From an uncultured delta proteobacterium (GTDB lineage Bacteria; Myxococcota_A; Polyangia; Fen-1088): 64,000 bases of DNA. Below the pieces are notes generated by a model. That model saw nothing but the letters and a program-made list of their open reading frames with translations. It was not told the DNA's origin and did no database searches. A program made the position numbers and the translations under genes. This document shows, piece by piece, positions 52,706 through 63,829 of this stretch (position 1 is its first letter; each line of letters starts with the position of its first letter). The DNA lies in assembly GCA_963767925.1 (NCBI GenBank), contig CAVYGB010000002.1, forward strand, positions 1,280,001 through 1,344,000, read 5' to 3'.

Positions 52706-54406
52706 ATGACTTCGAACGGGCTGGGGTTCGTGATTTTCGAGACGGCGATCGGGTGGTGTGGGTTGGCCTGGGGGGAGCGGGGGGTGGTGGGGGTGCAGTT
52801 GCCGGAGGGCGGGGAGCGGGAGACGCGGGGGCGGATGTTGCGGAGGTTTCCGGGGGCGGTGGAGGGCGCTGCCGCGGGCGAGGTGCGGGGGGCGGTGGAG
52901 GACATCGTGGGGTTGTTGCGGGGGGAGGCGACGGATTTGTCGCGGGTGGTGCTCGACATGGATCGGGTGCCGCTGTTTCACCGGCGGGTGTACGACGTCG
53001 CGCGGAGAATCCCTCCAGGAAAGACGCTTACTTACGGGGACATCGCGCACCGGCTGGGGCAGCCTCACGCGGCGCGGGCGGTGGGGCAGGCGCTGGGGCG
53101 CAACCCATTCGCCATCGTGGTGCCCTGCCATCGGGTGCTCGCGTCCGGTGGGCGGGTGGGGGGGTTCTCGGCGACTGGTGGCATCGCCACGAAGTTGCGA
53201 ATGCTCACCATCGAGGGGGCGCATCAGCGGGACCTGCCGGGGCTGAGCGACGGGCCCCCGGCCGCGGCGACTCTGGTTGCACCAGCGCCGGCCGGGAATA
53301 GCGAGGAGACGCCCGCGGACTTCACGCTTCCCAGGATCGGGCGCAAGGGGCCGTCTCGGGCGACAGGAAAGACGACAGGAAGCCTGACGGATCGAACAGC
53401 CACCTCTGCGCGTGCGGCATCCCGGTCCGGCGTCACCGGCGTGCGCAGCGGCCCTAAATCACTCCGCGCCGCCAAGAGCTCCCCCACCAACGTGACCGCC
53501 AGGTCCTCCGGCGCCGCCAAGAGCACTCCCCCTCGCGCGCCCCGCGCCACGAATCGGGCGGGCGCCATCGGAGCACGGCGGGTCCCCGACACGCCACTCC
53601 GCGCCGCCAAGAGCTCTCCCACCACCCGCACGCTCCGCGCCGCCAAGAGCTCTCCCACCACCCGCGCGTCCCGCTCGGCGAAAGAAGACGCCGCCGCAAG
53701 CATCGGCAAACCGACGAGCGTGGTGCCGAAGCCGGCGCGGGGGCGGGGGGCGGGGGGCTTTCGATTCGATACTCAGGCGGCGGTGGCGCACCTTCGGGGG
53801 GCAGACCCTCTGCTGCGGCGGCTGATCGATGCGGTGGGGCCTTTCGTGATGAAGCTCGACCGGACGCGGAGCCTGTTTTTTGCGCTGGCGGAGGCCATCG
53901 TCTACCAGCAGCTCACGGCGAAGGCGGCGGCGACGATCTTCGGGCGGGTGCGGGGGTTGTTTCCCGGGGGCGGGGAGGTGTTCACGCCGGAGCAACTCCT
54001 CGCTGTGGGGGAGGCGGAGCTGCGGGGGGCGGGGCTCTCGCGCAACAAGATGCTCGCGCTGCGGGACCTGGCGACCCGGGCCGGCGCGGGGGAGATCCCC
54101 GCGATGGCGGATGTGCACCGCATGGACGACGAGGCCATCGTCGAGCGGTTGACCCAGGTGCGTGGGATCGGGCGCTGGACGGTGCACATGCTGCTCATGT
54201 TCCGGCTCGGGCGGGCGGATGTGCTGCCGGCGGACGACTACGGGGTACGGCAGGGGTTCGGCATCACCTTCCGCAAGAAGGAGCTCCCGGCGCCCAAGGA
54301 GGTCCTCGCGCGCGGCGAACGCTGGCGGCCCTACCGCTCGGTGGCGAGCTGGTACCTCTGGCGCGCGGTCGAGCGGGCCCGCTCCCGAAAACAGATGAAA
54401 GCCTAA
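52706..54406 (+). CDS. Fused O6-methylguanine-DNA methyltransferase (Ogt) and DNA-3-methyladenine glycosylase II (AlkA) with a basic repeat linker
   Basis: IPPGKTLTYG, ARAVGQALGRNP, PCHRV (Ogt). AIVYQQL, GLSRNK, VRGIGRWT (HhH), VLPADDYG, WRPYRSVASWYLW (AlkA). Confidence 0.9.
   Translation: MTSNGLGFVIFETAIGWCGLAWGERGVVGVQLPEGGERETRGRMLRRFPGAVEGAAAGEVRGAVEDIVGLLRGEATDLSRVVLDMDRVPLFHRRVYDVARRIPPGKTLTYGDIAHRLGQPHAARAVGQALGRNPFAIVVPCHRVLASGGRVGGFSATGGIATKLRMLTIEGAHQRDLPGLSDGPPAAATLVAPAPAGNSEETPADFTLPRIGRKGPSRATGKTTGSLTDRTATSARAASRSGVTGVRSGPKSLRAAKSSPTNVTARSSGAAKSTPPRAPRATNRAGAIGARRVPDTPLRAAKSSPTTRTLRAAKSSPTTRASRSAKEDAAASIGKPTSVVPKPARGRGAGGFRFDTQAAVAHLRGADPLLRRLIDAVGPFVMKLDRTRSLFFALAEAIVYQQLTAKAAATIFGRVRGLFPGGGEVFTPEQLLAVGEAELRGAGLSRNKMLALRDLATRAGAGEIPAMADVHRMDDEAIVERLTQVRGIGRWTVHMLLMFRLGRADVLPADDYGVRQGFGITFRKKELPAPKEVLARGERWRPYRSVASWYLWRAVERARSRKQMKA
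53460..53670 (+). repeat. Imperfect direct repeats encoding LRAAKSSPTT in the Ogt-AlkA linker
   Basis: ctccgcgccgccaagagctc recurs near 53462, 53597 and 53633, with a variant near 53507. Confidence 0.8.
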
Positions 54407-54850
54407 CGAGGGGGCCGTCTACTTCGCGAATCGACGGCGGAGTTACGGATCGTCCCGGGATATTCCTCCAACCGGTACCCGGGTCGCGGCCGAGGGCGGA
54501 CCTCCTCTCTCGTACGGCAGAACCTGTCTTGTTCGAGCCGCCGATGGGAGAGCCGATCCTGCGGTGGTGCCGCGCGCGCGAACCGCTTCCTCGAAGGGCC
54601 CGAGATTGCACCGTCAGCAGAGACGTACGGCGAAGGCCTGGTTCTACCGCGCCGGAGGGCCGCGACCTTGAATGTAGCTAACCTCGCCGTCCCTTGAACG
54701 CGGAGGGCTTCGCGATGGTTCTACTGGCCTCCCGGACTGCGGCGCCAAGGCATAGCTCCTCTGACTGTCCCTTTTCGTGTCAGTTCGATCACCTCCGGAC
54801 CGGAGCGTGCGGTGGTACGAATGGGGGTTCCCTTCTGCGAGGTCGTCTCC

Positions 54851-57034
54851 ATGAACTGCTTGCACCGCTACCGGTCGATGGTGCTCCTGTGGGCTCTGAT
54901 GCTCGGGGGGACGGTTGGCTGTCCTTCGCCCAACGACATGCCGATTCCCGTGCCGGATCCGCCGCGAGCCGGGTCGACCGATGGACGGCCGCCGATCACG
55001 GCGGTGCCGACGGATGGGCCGGGGACCTCTCCGGGTGGGGGCAGCGACGGGGGGGGCATCGATCCCACGAGCTGTCCGGACGGGCAGCAGTTCTGTGCGG
55101 AGAAGGGGTGTGTCGACACGACGTCGCCGGAGGCGTGCGGGCGATCGTGTGCGCCTTGCCCGACCATCACCGGCGGCACGGCTACCTGCGACGGGACCCG
55201 GTGTGGGCTGGTCTGTCCGGCGGGGATGCGGGTCTGCCTCGACAAGTGCATCGCGGAGGGCGCGCCTTGTGACGACGTCTGCCCGGATCCCAAGCAGCGG
55301 CTCTGCAACAACGGCTGCGTGAACCTGGACAACATCGCCGCCTGCGGGCCCGAGTGCGTGACCTGTCCGGCGTCGGTCAACGGCAAGACGTCCTGCAACG
55401 GGACGAGCTGCGAGATCGCCTGCGACGCCGGCTTTCACCTGTGCGACGGCGTGTCCTGCAAGTCGGATCGCGACCCCCGGAGCTGCGGCAGCTCGTGCAC
55501 GCCCTGCCCGGTCCCCGAGGGCGGCGAGGCGACCTGCGATGGCACGGTCTGCGGGGCCAAGTGCCCGGCCAGCACGAAGCTGTGCGCGGGGGCCTGCATT
55601 CCGGTCAACCAGGCCTGCATGGGCGTGTGTCCCGACGGCAAACACGACTGCGACGGCAACTGCGTCCCCAACGACGTCAACTTCTGTGGGCCCTCCTGCC
55701 AGCAGTGCCGCGCGCCGGCCAACGCGGACGCCCGCTGCGCCGGCGACGGCTGCGAGTTCTCCTGCCGCAGCGGCTTCCGGACCTGCGGGGACGGCTGCCT
55801 GGCCAACGACCGGCCCTGCGACGGCGCCTGCCCGGGCGGGCGCAAGGTCTGCGGCGACCGCTGTGTGCCCACCTCCACCTGCTGCACCGGTGGCAGCGAG
55901 GGTTGCCCGGAGTGCTCGAGCTGCAACAACGGCACCTGCGGGCGGCGGCCCGACGGCACCGGCTGCGGCAGCAACCGGGTGTGCGCGGCCGGGTCCTGCA
56001 TCGGCTGCGGGTCGTCGGGGCAGACCTGCTGCGCGTCCAGCGCCTGCGGCGGCGGGCTGGTCTGCCGCCAGAGCACCTGCGTCGGCTGCGGATCGATCGG
56101 CGAGCCCTGCTGCGCCGGCGACGGGTGCGACGGCGGGACGGTCTGCCGCTCCGGTTCCTGCGCGAGCTGCGGCGGCTTCGGCGAGCCCTGCTGCGCCGGA
56201 AACGCCTGCGACGGCGGCGGGCTCTCCTGTCAGGGTGGGACTTGCAGAGGCGAATGCACGCCCGGGATGCGCATCTGCGAAAACGGGCTCCCCCGCGTCT
56301 GCAGCACGACCGGGCAGTGGCAGACCGGCAGCGCCTGCAACAACCAGGCGTGTGTGAACGGGACCTGCCAGGGCAACTGTGCCCCGGGCCGGCGCGGCTG
56401 CCGCAACGCCGAGACGCCCCAGGTCTGCAACAACAGCGGCCAGTTCGTGGCCGAGCAGGCCTGCCAGGGGGTGTGCCGGGGCGAAGGGGAGTGCGTGGGC
56501 TCCTGCCGCCCCACCGCGCCCGCCCGCTGCGAAGGCCTCACCCGCATCACCTGCGACGGCAACGGCAACTCTTCGCCGGAGTCCTGCCAGCCCCGCCAGG
56601 CCAACGAGACGCCCTCCTGCTCGGCCAGCGGCTGCCAGTCGAGCTGCAACGTCAGCCCCGGCCGCTGCAACGGCAGCAGCCGCTGCTGGAGCCTCGAATA
56701 TGGCTGCGACGAGTGCGTCGAGGGCCTGATCTGGCGGGACATTCCCGGCACGCCCGGCGGCGACCGGGTGTGCGTGAACCGGGCGGCGTTCGATCGCGTC
56801 CGCCAGGAGAACGCCGAGCACCCGGCCAACGTCGACCCCATCGACCGCACCTTCGGTCCCAACACCTGCCGGCAGGGCTTCGTCTTCCGCGACGCTTTCC
56901 CGGGCGACGAGGTCTGCGTGACCGGGGCGTCCCGCAGCCAGGCGGCGGCGGAGCGCAACGCCCAGAACAACGGTGCGGTCACCCGGGTGCGCGCCAACCC
57001 CAACTGCCCCACCGCCGACCGGCGCTGCAACTGA
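54851..57034 (+). CDS. Large Cys-rich surface lipoprotein (Stig1-like and other Cys repeats; duplicated C..G..[WF]R.....D.VCV C-terminal domain)
   Basis: Lipobox TVGC. Very high Cys content. CGxxCxxC and GEPCC repeats. CVEGLIWRD..GDRVCV and CRQGFVFRDAFPGDEVCV. Confidence 0.85.
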   Translation: MNCLHRYRSMVLLWALMLGGTVGCPSPNDMPIPVPDPPRAGSTDGRPPITAVPTDGPGTSPGGGSDGGGIDPTSCPDGQQFCAEKGCVDTTSPEACGRSCAPCPTITGGTATCDGTRCGLVCPAGMRVCLDKCIAEGAPCDDVCPDPKQRLCNNGCVNLDNIAACGPECVTCPASVNGKTSCNGTSCEIACDAGFHLCDGVSCKSDRDPRSCGSSCTPCPVPEGGEATCDGTVCGAKCPASTKLCAGACIPVNQACMGVCPDGKHDCDGNCVPNDVNFCGPSCQQCRAPANADARCAGDGCEFSCRSGFRTCGDGCLANDRPCDGACPGGRKVCGDRCVPTSTCCTGGSEGCPECSSCNNGTCGRRPDGTGCGSNRVCAAGSCIGCGSSGQTCCASSACGGGLVCRQSTCVGCGSIGEPCCAGDGCDGGTVCRSGSCASCGGFGEPCCAGNACDGGGLSCQGGTCRGECTPGMRICENGLPRVCSTTGQWQTGSACNNQACVNGTCQGNCAPGRRGCRNAETPQVCNNSGQFVAEQACQGVCRGEGECVGSCRPTAPARCEGLTRITCDGNGNSSPESCQPRQANETPSCSASGCQSSCNVSPGRCNGSSRCWSLEYGCDECVEGLIWRDIPGTPGGDRVCVNRAAFDRVRQENAEHPANVDPIDRTFGPNTCRQGFVFRDAFPGDEVCVTGASRSQAAAERNAQNNGAVTRVRANPNCPTADRRCN

Positions 57035-57297
57035 CCGCGCACGAATGAGCGGCGACAACCTGCCACCCTCCCCTCTGCGGTCGGGGCCAGGCCCGGGAAG
57101 ACCGAAACAAGGTGCCTGCTCACCCGACGCTGGCGGGTCATATTCCAGACCGTCATGACCAAGGCCAGGACCCCGGGGAGCAAAGGACCATCCATGAGCG
57201 CTCCGCTTCGAGCGGCATCCTCCCTCGAACGATGCTTCGAGCGGCTCGCTTGCTTCCTGAGTCCAGCCGTCGTCCTGGGCCAGGGCGAGGGCCGGCC

Positions 57298-59287
57298 ATG
57301 AGGGACAGGCTCGATCGACGCGCCTCGGGTGGTTCGGGGCCCGGGTGCGGACGCAGCGGCTTCTCGTCCGGCTGGCGCCCACCGCTCCTGGCCGGGCTGA
57401 TCGCCGTGGCCTTCACCGCCTGCTCGGACCCGGCACCCCCTGCGGACCTGCCGGGCGACGGCGGCGCCAGGGACAGCGGCGCCCCGCTCTCCGACGGACC
57501 CGCCCTCCCGGACGCCCGACGCCACCGGCGCCGCGTCCTCCAACCCAGACGGGCCCGGCGCCGACCCGCCCGGTCCCGACGGCCCCTCCACTCCCGCCAC
57601 CGACGCGGGCAGCGGCGACGGGCCCGCCAGCGACGGGGGACCGCCTGCGCCCGCGACCGTCCCCGAGATCCTCACCAACCGCTACGACAACGCCCGCACG
57701 GGGGCCAACCTGCGCGAGACGGTGCTCTCGCCCGCCACCGTGCCCTCGCTGCGCCTGCTCGGCGGCTGGCCGCTCGATGGGGAGGTCTACGCCCAGGTGC
57801 TCGTCGCCGACGGGATCGAGGTCGCCGGCCGCCGCCGGGCGGTCGCGCTCGTCGCGACCATGCGCAACAGCCTGTACGCCTTCGACGCCGACGCGCCCCC
57901 CGACCAGGCGCTGCTCTGGCGGCTCGGCGAGATGCGCGAGCTGGGCACCCCGGCCTTCTGCAGCCGCAACGTGGGCGGCTTCAACGGCATCCTGTCGACG
58001 CCGGTGATCGACAAGGCCCGCGGCAGCGCCTTCCTCGTCGCCCGCGACTGCGATCCCAACTTCCCGCCCGACGCCCCCTCCTGCCAGCACCGGCTGTTCG
58101 AGGTCGCGCTCGCCACCGGTGAGATCCGGCAGCAGGCCGTCATCGCCGGGTCGGTGACCGTCCCGCCCGGCAAGGGCAGCGCCGGGGCCACCGTCCCCTT
58201 CGTGCCGAGTGCCCACTGGAACCGGCCCGCCTTGCTCCTCACCGACGGGGCGCTGCACATCGCCTTCGGCTCGGGGCCGGCTGGCGACGCCCACGAGGAG
58301 GACTTCGTCTACCACGGCTGGCTGTTCCGCTACGCCGCTGCCGACCTGAGCCAGGCGCCGCAGGTGTATTGCACCACCCCGCGCGGCCGCGGCGGCTCGG
58401 TCTGGCAGGCGGGGGCGGGGCCCGCTGCCGACGGGGACGCGGTCTTCCTGACCGGGGCCAACGGCATCCAGGGCGACAGCCGCGTTCACCCCCCGGGCGA
58501 GTGGCCCGACCGCCCGGTCGGCCAGGAGGACAGTGTGGTCCGCTTGCCCCACGCCAGCCCGCTGCCCGGCCCGGCCGACCCGATCGCCCAGTACTTCGAC
58601 AGCCGGCCTTACCTCCCCGACGGCAACGTGTTCCGCTACATGGAGAGCGGGGACAACGGCTTCGGCTCGTCGGGCCCGCTGCTCATCCCCGAGACGAAGC
58701 TGCTGCTGGTCGGCAGCAAGGCCGGGCTGGTCTACCTGATCGACCGCGAGACGATGGCGGCCACCCAGGAGCCGCTCAACCCCTTCACCGCCCTGCCGCT
58801 GCAGCCCGGGCACACGCTCTATCTGCACTCCTGGTGGGGCATCCCGGTCATCACGCAGGCCTTCGTCTACTGGCGGCCGGCCAGCGCCGCCGCGCCCGCC
58901 AGCCCCCGCCGCGTCGGGCACGCCTTCGCCTGGGCGTCCAACGACCGCCTGCGGTCCCTGCGCTTCGACCACGACAGCGGGCGCCTCGAGCCCGGCGCCA
59001 CCTCCGAGCTGCCGGTGGTCGCCGGCGGCGGCAACCTGGTCCTGTCGGCCGACGGCGAGCGCGAGGACTCCGCCGTGCTGTGGGCGTCCACCCGCTCCAC
59101 GACCCGGCCCGAGCCGGACGGGCAGCTCTGGGCCATCGACCCCCGCACGCTGGCGGTGCTGTGGCGGGCCGACACCCCCGCCTGGTCGAAGTTCACGCCG
59201 CCGACGGTCGTGCGCGGGCGGGTCTTCCTGCCCAGCACGTCGAACGACGTCACGGCCCCCCGCCAGGTCCTGGTCTACGGCCTCTGA
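57298..59287 (+). CDS. PQQ-like beta-propeller lipoprotein; apparent frameshift near 57515
   Basis: Lipobox FTAC. After the shift: LTNRYDNARTGANLRETVLSP, DGEVYAQVL, NSLYAFDAD, GILSTPVID, RPALLL, GGSVWQAG, GSSGP, KFTPPTV.RGRVF, VYGL. Confidence 0.8.
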
Positions 59288-59338
59288 CTCCGGGCGAAAA
59301 GCTTGCCTCCACCCTCGCCGGCACGCTAAGAACCGCCG

Positions 59339-61801
59339 ATGCGCTTCCGTCCGTTTTCGTTCGCCGTCGCCCTGGCGAGCTTCTCGACGATCGCGCTCGA
59401 GCTGACGCTGACCCGCATCTTCAGCGTCACGATGTATTACCACTTCGCCTTCATGGTGGTGTCCATCGCCATGCTGGGGCTCTCCGTCTCCGGGGTGGCC
59501 ATCTACCTGCTGCCCCGCCTGTTCCAGGACCGCCGCACCCCCGCCCTGGCGGCGGTGTTCATGTTGCTGTTCGCCGGGCTTTCGCTGCTGGCGCTCAAGA
59601 CGGCGCTCGACAACCCGATCAGCCTCACCCACTGGCGCGAGAACATCGGACGCCTCGCGGCGCTCTACACCACCGCCGGCCTGGGGCTGCTGGCCTCCGG
59701 GTTCGCCATCTCGCTGGCCATCGCCGGGGCCCGCGAGCGCATCGGGCAGATCTACGCCTTCGACCTCATCGGCGCCGCGCTCGGCTGTCTGGCGGTCGTG
59801 CCCGCGGTCTCCTTCCTGACGGGGCCCGGCGCGGTGATCGCCTGCGCGGCGGTGGCGGGGCTGTCGGCCGTGCTCTTCGCCCTGTCGGCGCCCGCTCGCG
59901 GCAACGGCGGCCACCTCCGGCTGGGGCTGGCCGGCCTGGGCGCGGTCACGCTGGTCGGGCTGGGCTTCCTGGCCGCGACCGAGGGGACCGCGCTCCGCTT
60001 CGGCGCCGCCCGCAACCCGAGCAAGTTCCTCGGCAACCGCCCGGTGCTGTTCGAGAAGTGGAACGCCATCTCCCAGATCACGGTCGCCCCGGCGGGCCGC
60101 GACGACCACCGCTGGATCTTCATCGACGCCGACGCGGCCACCCGCATCTGGTCGGGGGCGATCAAGAACGACGGCTACCAGGCGCCCCGCCGCTACGGCG
60201 AGGTGCGGGTGGCGGCGCTGGTCTACACCCTCCGCAACGACAAGACCGCCCTCATCATCGGACCAGGCGGCGGCACCGACGTCATCTCCGCCCTCTCGCA
60301 CGGCGTTCCCAAGGTGGTCGGTGTCGAGGTCAACCCGATCATCGTCAACAACGTGGTCAAGGGCGCCTTCGCCGACTTCGCCGGTGACCTCTACCGCGAC
60401 CCGCGGGTCCACGTGGTCGTCGACGAGGGGCGCAGCTACATCCGCCGCTCCGATGAGCTGTACGGCTCGATCCAGGCGACCCTCGTCGACACCTGGGCGG
60501 CCTCCTCCTCCGGGGCCTTCACCCTCTCCGAGAACAACATCTACACGGTCGAGGCCTTCGAGGAGTTCCTCGGGCGCCTCACCCCCGGCGGCATCATCTC
60601 CGTCACCCGCTGGTACGACGGCGCCCGGCCCAAGGAGTTCCTGCGGCTCATCGCCCTGGCCCGCGAGGCGCTCGAGCGCCGCGGGGTGGCCCCGGCCGAC
60701 GCCCACCGCCACTTCGTCCTCGCCACCGACCGCGAGCGCCGCGGGACGCTCATGCTCAACCGCGACCCCTACACCGCCGCCGAGGTGCAGACCCTCGCCG
60801 ACAAGGCGGCCGAAGGCTCGCTCCAGCTCCTCTACGCGCCCAGCCGGCCCACGGGACCCCAGGCCGGCACGGGGGCCCGCAACGTGGCCGACGAGGACGA
60901 CCTGCTGGCGGCCTTCTTGCGAGCGCCCTCGGCGGCCACCTTCCTGCAAGGCCTCTCCTACGACGCCAGCCCCACCACCGATGACCGGCCCTTCTTCTTT
61001 TACAACCTGCGGCTGAGCGACCTGTCGTCGATCCTCGGGCGGCTGGGCTCGGTGGAGATCAACAACCTGGGGGTGGCCATCCTCCTGCTCCTGCTGATCC
61101 TCTCGGCCGCCCTCACCCTCGTGCTGGTCGTGTTGCCCCTGGCCCTGTTCGAGCGGCGGGGGCTGGCGGCGGGCGAACGCGGGCGCAAGCTGCGCCTCCT
61201 GATGTACTTTCTGACGCTGGGGCTCGGCTTCATCCTCGTCGAGCTCGGGTTCATGCAGACCTTCGTGCTCTTCCTGGGGCACCCCATCTACGCCCTCGCG
61301 GTCGTGCTGGCCGGCCTGCTGTGCGCGAGCGGCCTGGGCAGCGCCCTGTCGGGCTGGGGTACGCGCCGCTTCGGAGTGCAGGGGTACGCCCGGCGCACGA
61401 TCGGCGCGCTGGCGGTGGTCCTCATCGTCTACGCCTTCGTGCTCACGCCCCTGTTCCGGGCGCTGCTGGGGCTGCCCCTGCCGGCCCGGGTCGGGCTGGC
61501 CCTCGTCCTGGTGTTCCTGCCCGGTCTGCTGATGGGGGCGCTGCTGCCCAGCGGGGTGCGCGCGGCCCAGAGCTTCGGGCCCGGCACGGTGGCCTGGTGC
61601 TGGGGCCTCAACGGCTCGGCCAGCGTCGTGGGGTCCATCCTCGCCGTCATGCTGTCGATGAACTTCGGCTTCACCGCGGCGCTGCTGCTCGGCATCGGCG
61701 TCTACCTCGTCGGCCTGTTGCTGCTGCCGAACGTCGCCGCCGGTCCCGCGGGCGCGACAACGGCTGCGACCGCGCCCATCGCGGCCCCGCCCCCCGCCTG
61801 A
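59339..61801 (+). CDS. Multi-pass membrane protein with central spermidine-synthase-like SAM-binding domain
   Basis: ELTLTRIFS, IYAFDLIGAA, IIGPGGGTD, VEVNP, DEGRSY, YTVEAF, TDDRPFF, WGLNGSASVVG. Confidence 0.85.
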   Translation: MRFRPFSFAVALASFSTIALELTLTRIFSVTMYYHFAFMVVSIAMLGLSVSGVAIYLLPRLFQDRRTPALAAVFMLLFAGLSLLALKTALDNPISLTHWRENIGRLAALYTTAGLGLLASGFAISLAIAGARERIGQIYAFDLIGAALGCLAVVPAVSFLTGPGAVIACAAVAGLSAVLFALSAPARGNGGHLRLGLAGLGAVTLVGLGFLAATEGTALRFGAARNPSKFLGNRPVLFEKWNAISQITVAPAGRDDHRWIFIDADAATRIWSGAIKNDGYQAPRRYGEVRVAALVYTLRNDKTALIIGPGGGTDVISALSHGVPKVVGVEVNPIIVNNVVKGAFADFAGDLYRDPRVHVVVDEGRSYIRRSDELYGSIQATLVDTWAASSSGAFTLSENNIYTVEAFEEFLGRLTPGGIISVTRWYDGARPKEFLRLIALAREALERRGVAPADAHRHFVLATDRERRGTLMLNRDPYTAAEVQTLADKAAEGSLQLLYAPSRPTGPQAGTGARNVADEDDLLAAFLRAPSAATFLQGLSYDASPTTDDRPFFFYNLRLSDLSSILGRLGSVEINNLGVAILLLLLILSAALTLVLVVLPLALFERRGLAAGERGRKLRLLMYFLTLGLGFILVELGFMQTFVLFLGHPIYALAVVLAGLLCASGLGSALSGWGTRRFGVQGYARRTIGALAVVLIVYAFVLTPLFRALLGLPLPARVGLALVLVFLPGLLMGALLPSGVRAAQSFGPGTVAWCWGLNGSASVVGSILAVMLSMNFGFTAALLLGIGVYLVGLLLLPNVAAGPAGATTAATAPIAAPPPA

Positions 61802-61990
61802 GCACCGGCCCCGCCTGCAACGATGAAGGCGCCCGCCACCGCCGCACTCCCCACCTGAGCACTGTCCCCGGGTCGCCGGCCAATCCGCCTCCGTAAGAGC
61901 CCCGCCTCGGGCCGGGCGCTGCCCCGACCGCCCCGGCGCTCACCGGCCCCCACGGTGGCCGAGCCGCCGCTGCTCTGACAGATTTGGCCC

Positions 61991-62836
61991 ATGGCCGTCA
62001 CGCGGGTGCTGCGGCGGGGCGATGTCTCGGTGGTGGACTACCGCTGCACGGCGCGGGCGGGGGACCGGCCCTTCCCCGAGCAGCACGGCAGCTTCTCCCT
62101 GTCGTACGTGTTCCGGGGCAGCTTCGGGTACCAGACGCGGGGGCGGGCCTTCGACCTGGTGGCGGGCTCGCTGCTCGTCGGCTACCTCGGCGACGAATAC
62201 CTGTGCACCCACGAGCACGCCGGCGGCGACGCCTGCCTGTCGTTCTCCCTGGCGCCTGCGCTTGTCGACGCCGTGGGGGGCAAGGCGTCGCTGTGGCGGG
62301 CGGCCTGCGTGGCGCCGCTGCCCCAGCTCATGGTGCTGGGCGAGCTCGGCCAGGCGGCGGCGGCCGGTCGCAGCGACGTCGCCCTCGACGAGGTGGGGCT
62401 GCTGCTGGCCGCGCGGTTCGTCGAGCTGGCCAGCGGGCGGACGCGACAAGCCCAGGCGGCCTCTGCGCGCGACCGGCGCCGGGCGGTGGAGGCGGCCCTC
62501 TGGATCGACGCGAACGCCGCCGAGCCGGTCGCGCTCGCGGCGGCGGCGCGCCAGGTGGACCTCAGCCCCTTTCACTTCTTGCGCCTGTTCTCGGCGGTCC
62601 TCGGCGTGACCCCCCACCAGTACCTGGTGCGCGCGCGCCTGCGCCACGCCGCCCGGCTGCTGGCCGACCGCGACCGCGGCCGTTCGATCGCGCAGGTCGC
62701 CTTCCGGGTCGGCTTCGGCGACCTCTCCAACTTCGTCCGCACCTTCCACCGGGCCGCCGGCGTCTCCCCCCGCGCCTTCCGCCAGGCGGCCCGCGGCGAC
62801 CGGGCCCTCGCCCAGGAACGCCTCGCTCATCCGTGA
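61991..62836 (+). CDS. AraC-family transcriptional regulator
   Basis: [50 protein letters not shown]. Confidence 0.93.
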   Translation: MAVTRVLRRGDVSVVDYRCTARAGDRPFPEQHGSFSLSYVFRGSFGYQTRGRAFDLVAGSLLVGYLGDEYLCTHEHAGGDACLSFSLAPALVDAVGGKASLWRAACVAPLPQLMVLGELGQAAAAGRSDVALDEVGLLLAARFVELASGRTRQAQAASARDRRRAVEAALWIDANAAEPVALAAAARQVDLSPFHFLRLFSAVLGVTPHQYLVRARLRHAARLLADRDRGRSIAQVAFRVGFGDLSNFVRTFHRAAGVSPRAFRQAARGDRALAQERLAHP

Positions 62837-63008
62837 GGGGAGCCGAACGGCGCTCGCCCTGCAAAGGCGCCTGATACGGGCGAGTCGCGCAAACCGAGGA
62901 CCGCCCATCCCTGAGGGGAGGCAACTCGCTTGGGGGTGGCTGCGTGCCTGTCCGAGCGGATCGAGCGCCGCGAAGACCCGCAGGCTGAGCCTTCACGCCG
63001 GCGGGCGA

Positions 63009-63653
63009 TCAGGCGGCCGCGCGGCGCCCGGGGCGGCGGGCCAGGTCCATGCCGTCGCCGGCGTGGGTGAAGACCGGCGAGGGGGCCGGCCGGCGGATCG
63101 CGGCCCGGTCCTCGAAGGCGTCCGCGCCCACGATCGGCTGGCGGACGTCGAAGCCCGGCGGGTCGAGGCCAACGCCGTCCCGCCCGAGCTGGGGGCCGAC
63201 GCCGGTGCGGGCGGCGGCGGCGAGGCGGGGCTCGAGCGCGTCGCCCGGGTGGAAGGACGAAGCAGCCAGCGCGGGCGTGCGCCGGTGGGGCGCGACGTTG
63301 TCGAGCTCGCTGCCAATCGGCCCGGTGATGAGCAGCCGGGCGAAGGCGGCGCCGCGCGCGTTGACCCCGTCGACCTCGGGTCCAGCCGGCGCCAGGTAGC
63401 GGAGCGCGACCTCGCCCGGGCCGTCGAAGCCGATCTCGTATTCCCGGGGCGGCGGCGGCTCGACGCCGTCCAGGCCGAAGAAGGGCGCCATGCCGGCGCC
63501 CCGCGCCTGATAACCGTCGACGAAGTCCCCGTCGACGAGCACCTGCACCTCGGCCGCCACCTCGGGCAGGGGGGGCGCGTATTGCGACGGATCGACGTCG
63601 CGCAGGCGCGAGTCGTCCTGCAAGTAGCCGGGGTGCTGCGAATCGAGTCTCAT
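63009..63653 (-). CDS. Hypothetical protein
   Basis: Open frame with plausible GC3-rich codons and no recognised motif. The C-terminus may be frameshifted. Confidence 0.45.
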   Translation of the reverse strand: MRLDSQHPGYLQDDSRLRDVDPSQYAPPLPEVAAEVQVLVDGDFVDGYQARGAGMAPFFGLDGVEPPPPREYEIGFDGPGEVALRYLAPAGPEVDGVNARGAAFARLLITGPIGSELDNVAPHRRTPALAASSFHPGDALEPRLAAAARTGVGPQLGRDGVGLDPPGFDVRQPIVGADAFEDRAAIRRPAPSPVFTHAGDGMDLARRPGRRAAA

Positions 63654-63829
63654 CCGGTCGGCCGCCAGTGGCGAGGTTACCTCAAGTTGGCCAGTCCGGA
63701 TCGTGACGCAACATGGCGCGCGCCCCTCGACAGGAGCGGGCAACTGTCACATTTCGAGACCCCCGCCCTGAACACCACTCATCCCCGACCCGCGCGGCGT
63801 GCGGCTTCCGGCGAGCGCGGTATGAACCA

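Noticed and set aside
57413..61282. 1289-aa minus-strand ORF and similar long antisense ORFs (e.g. 54644-57382, 11673-13622)
   Set aside because: Antisense shadows of well-supported plus-strand genes.
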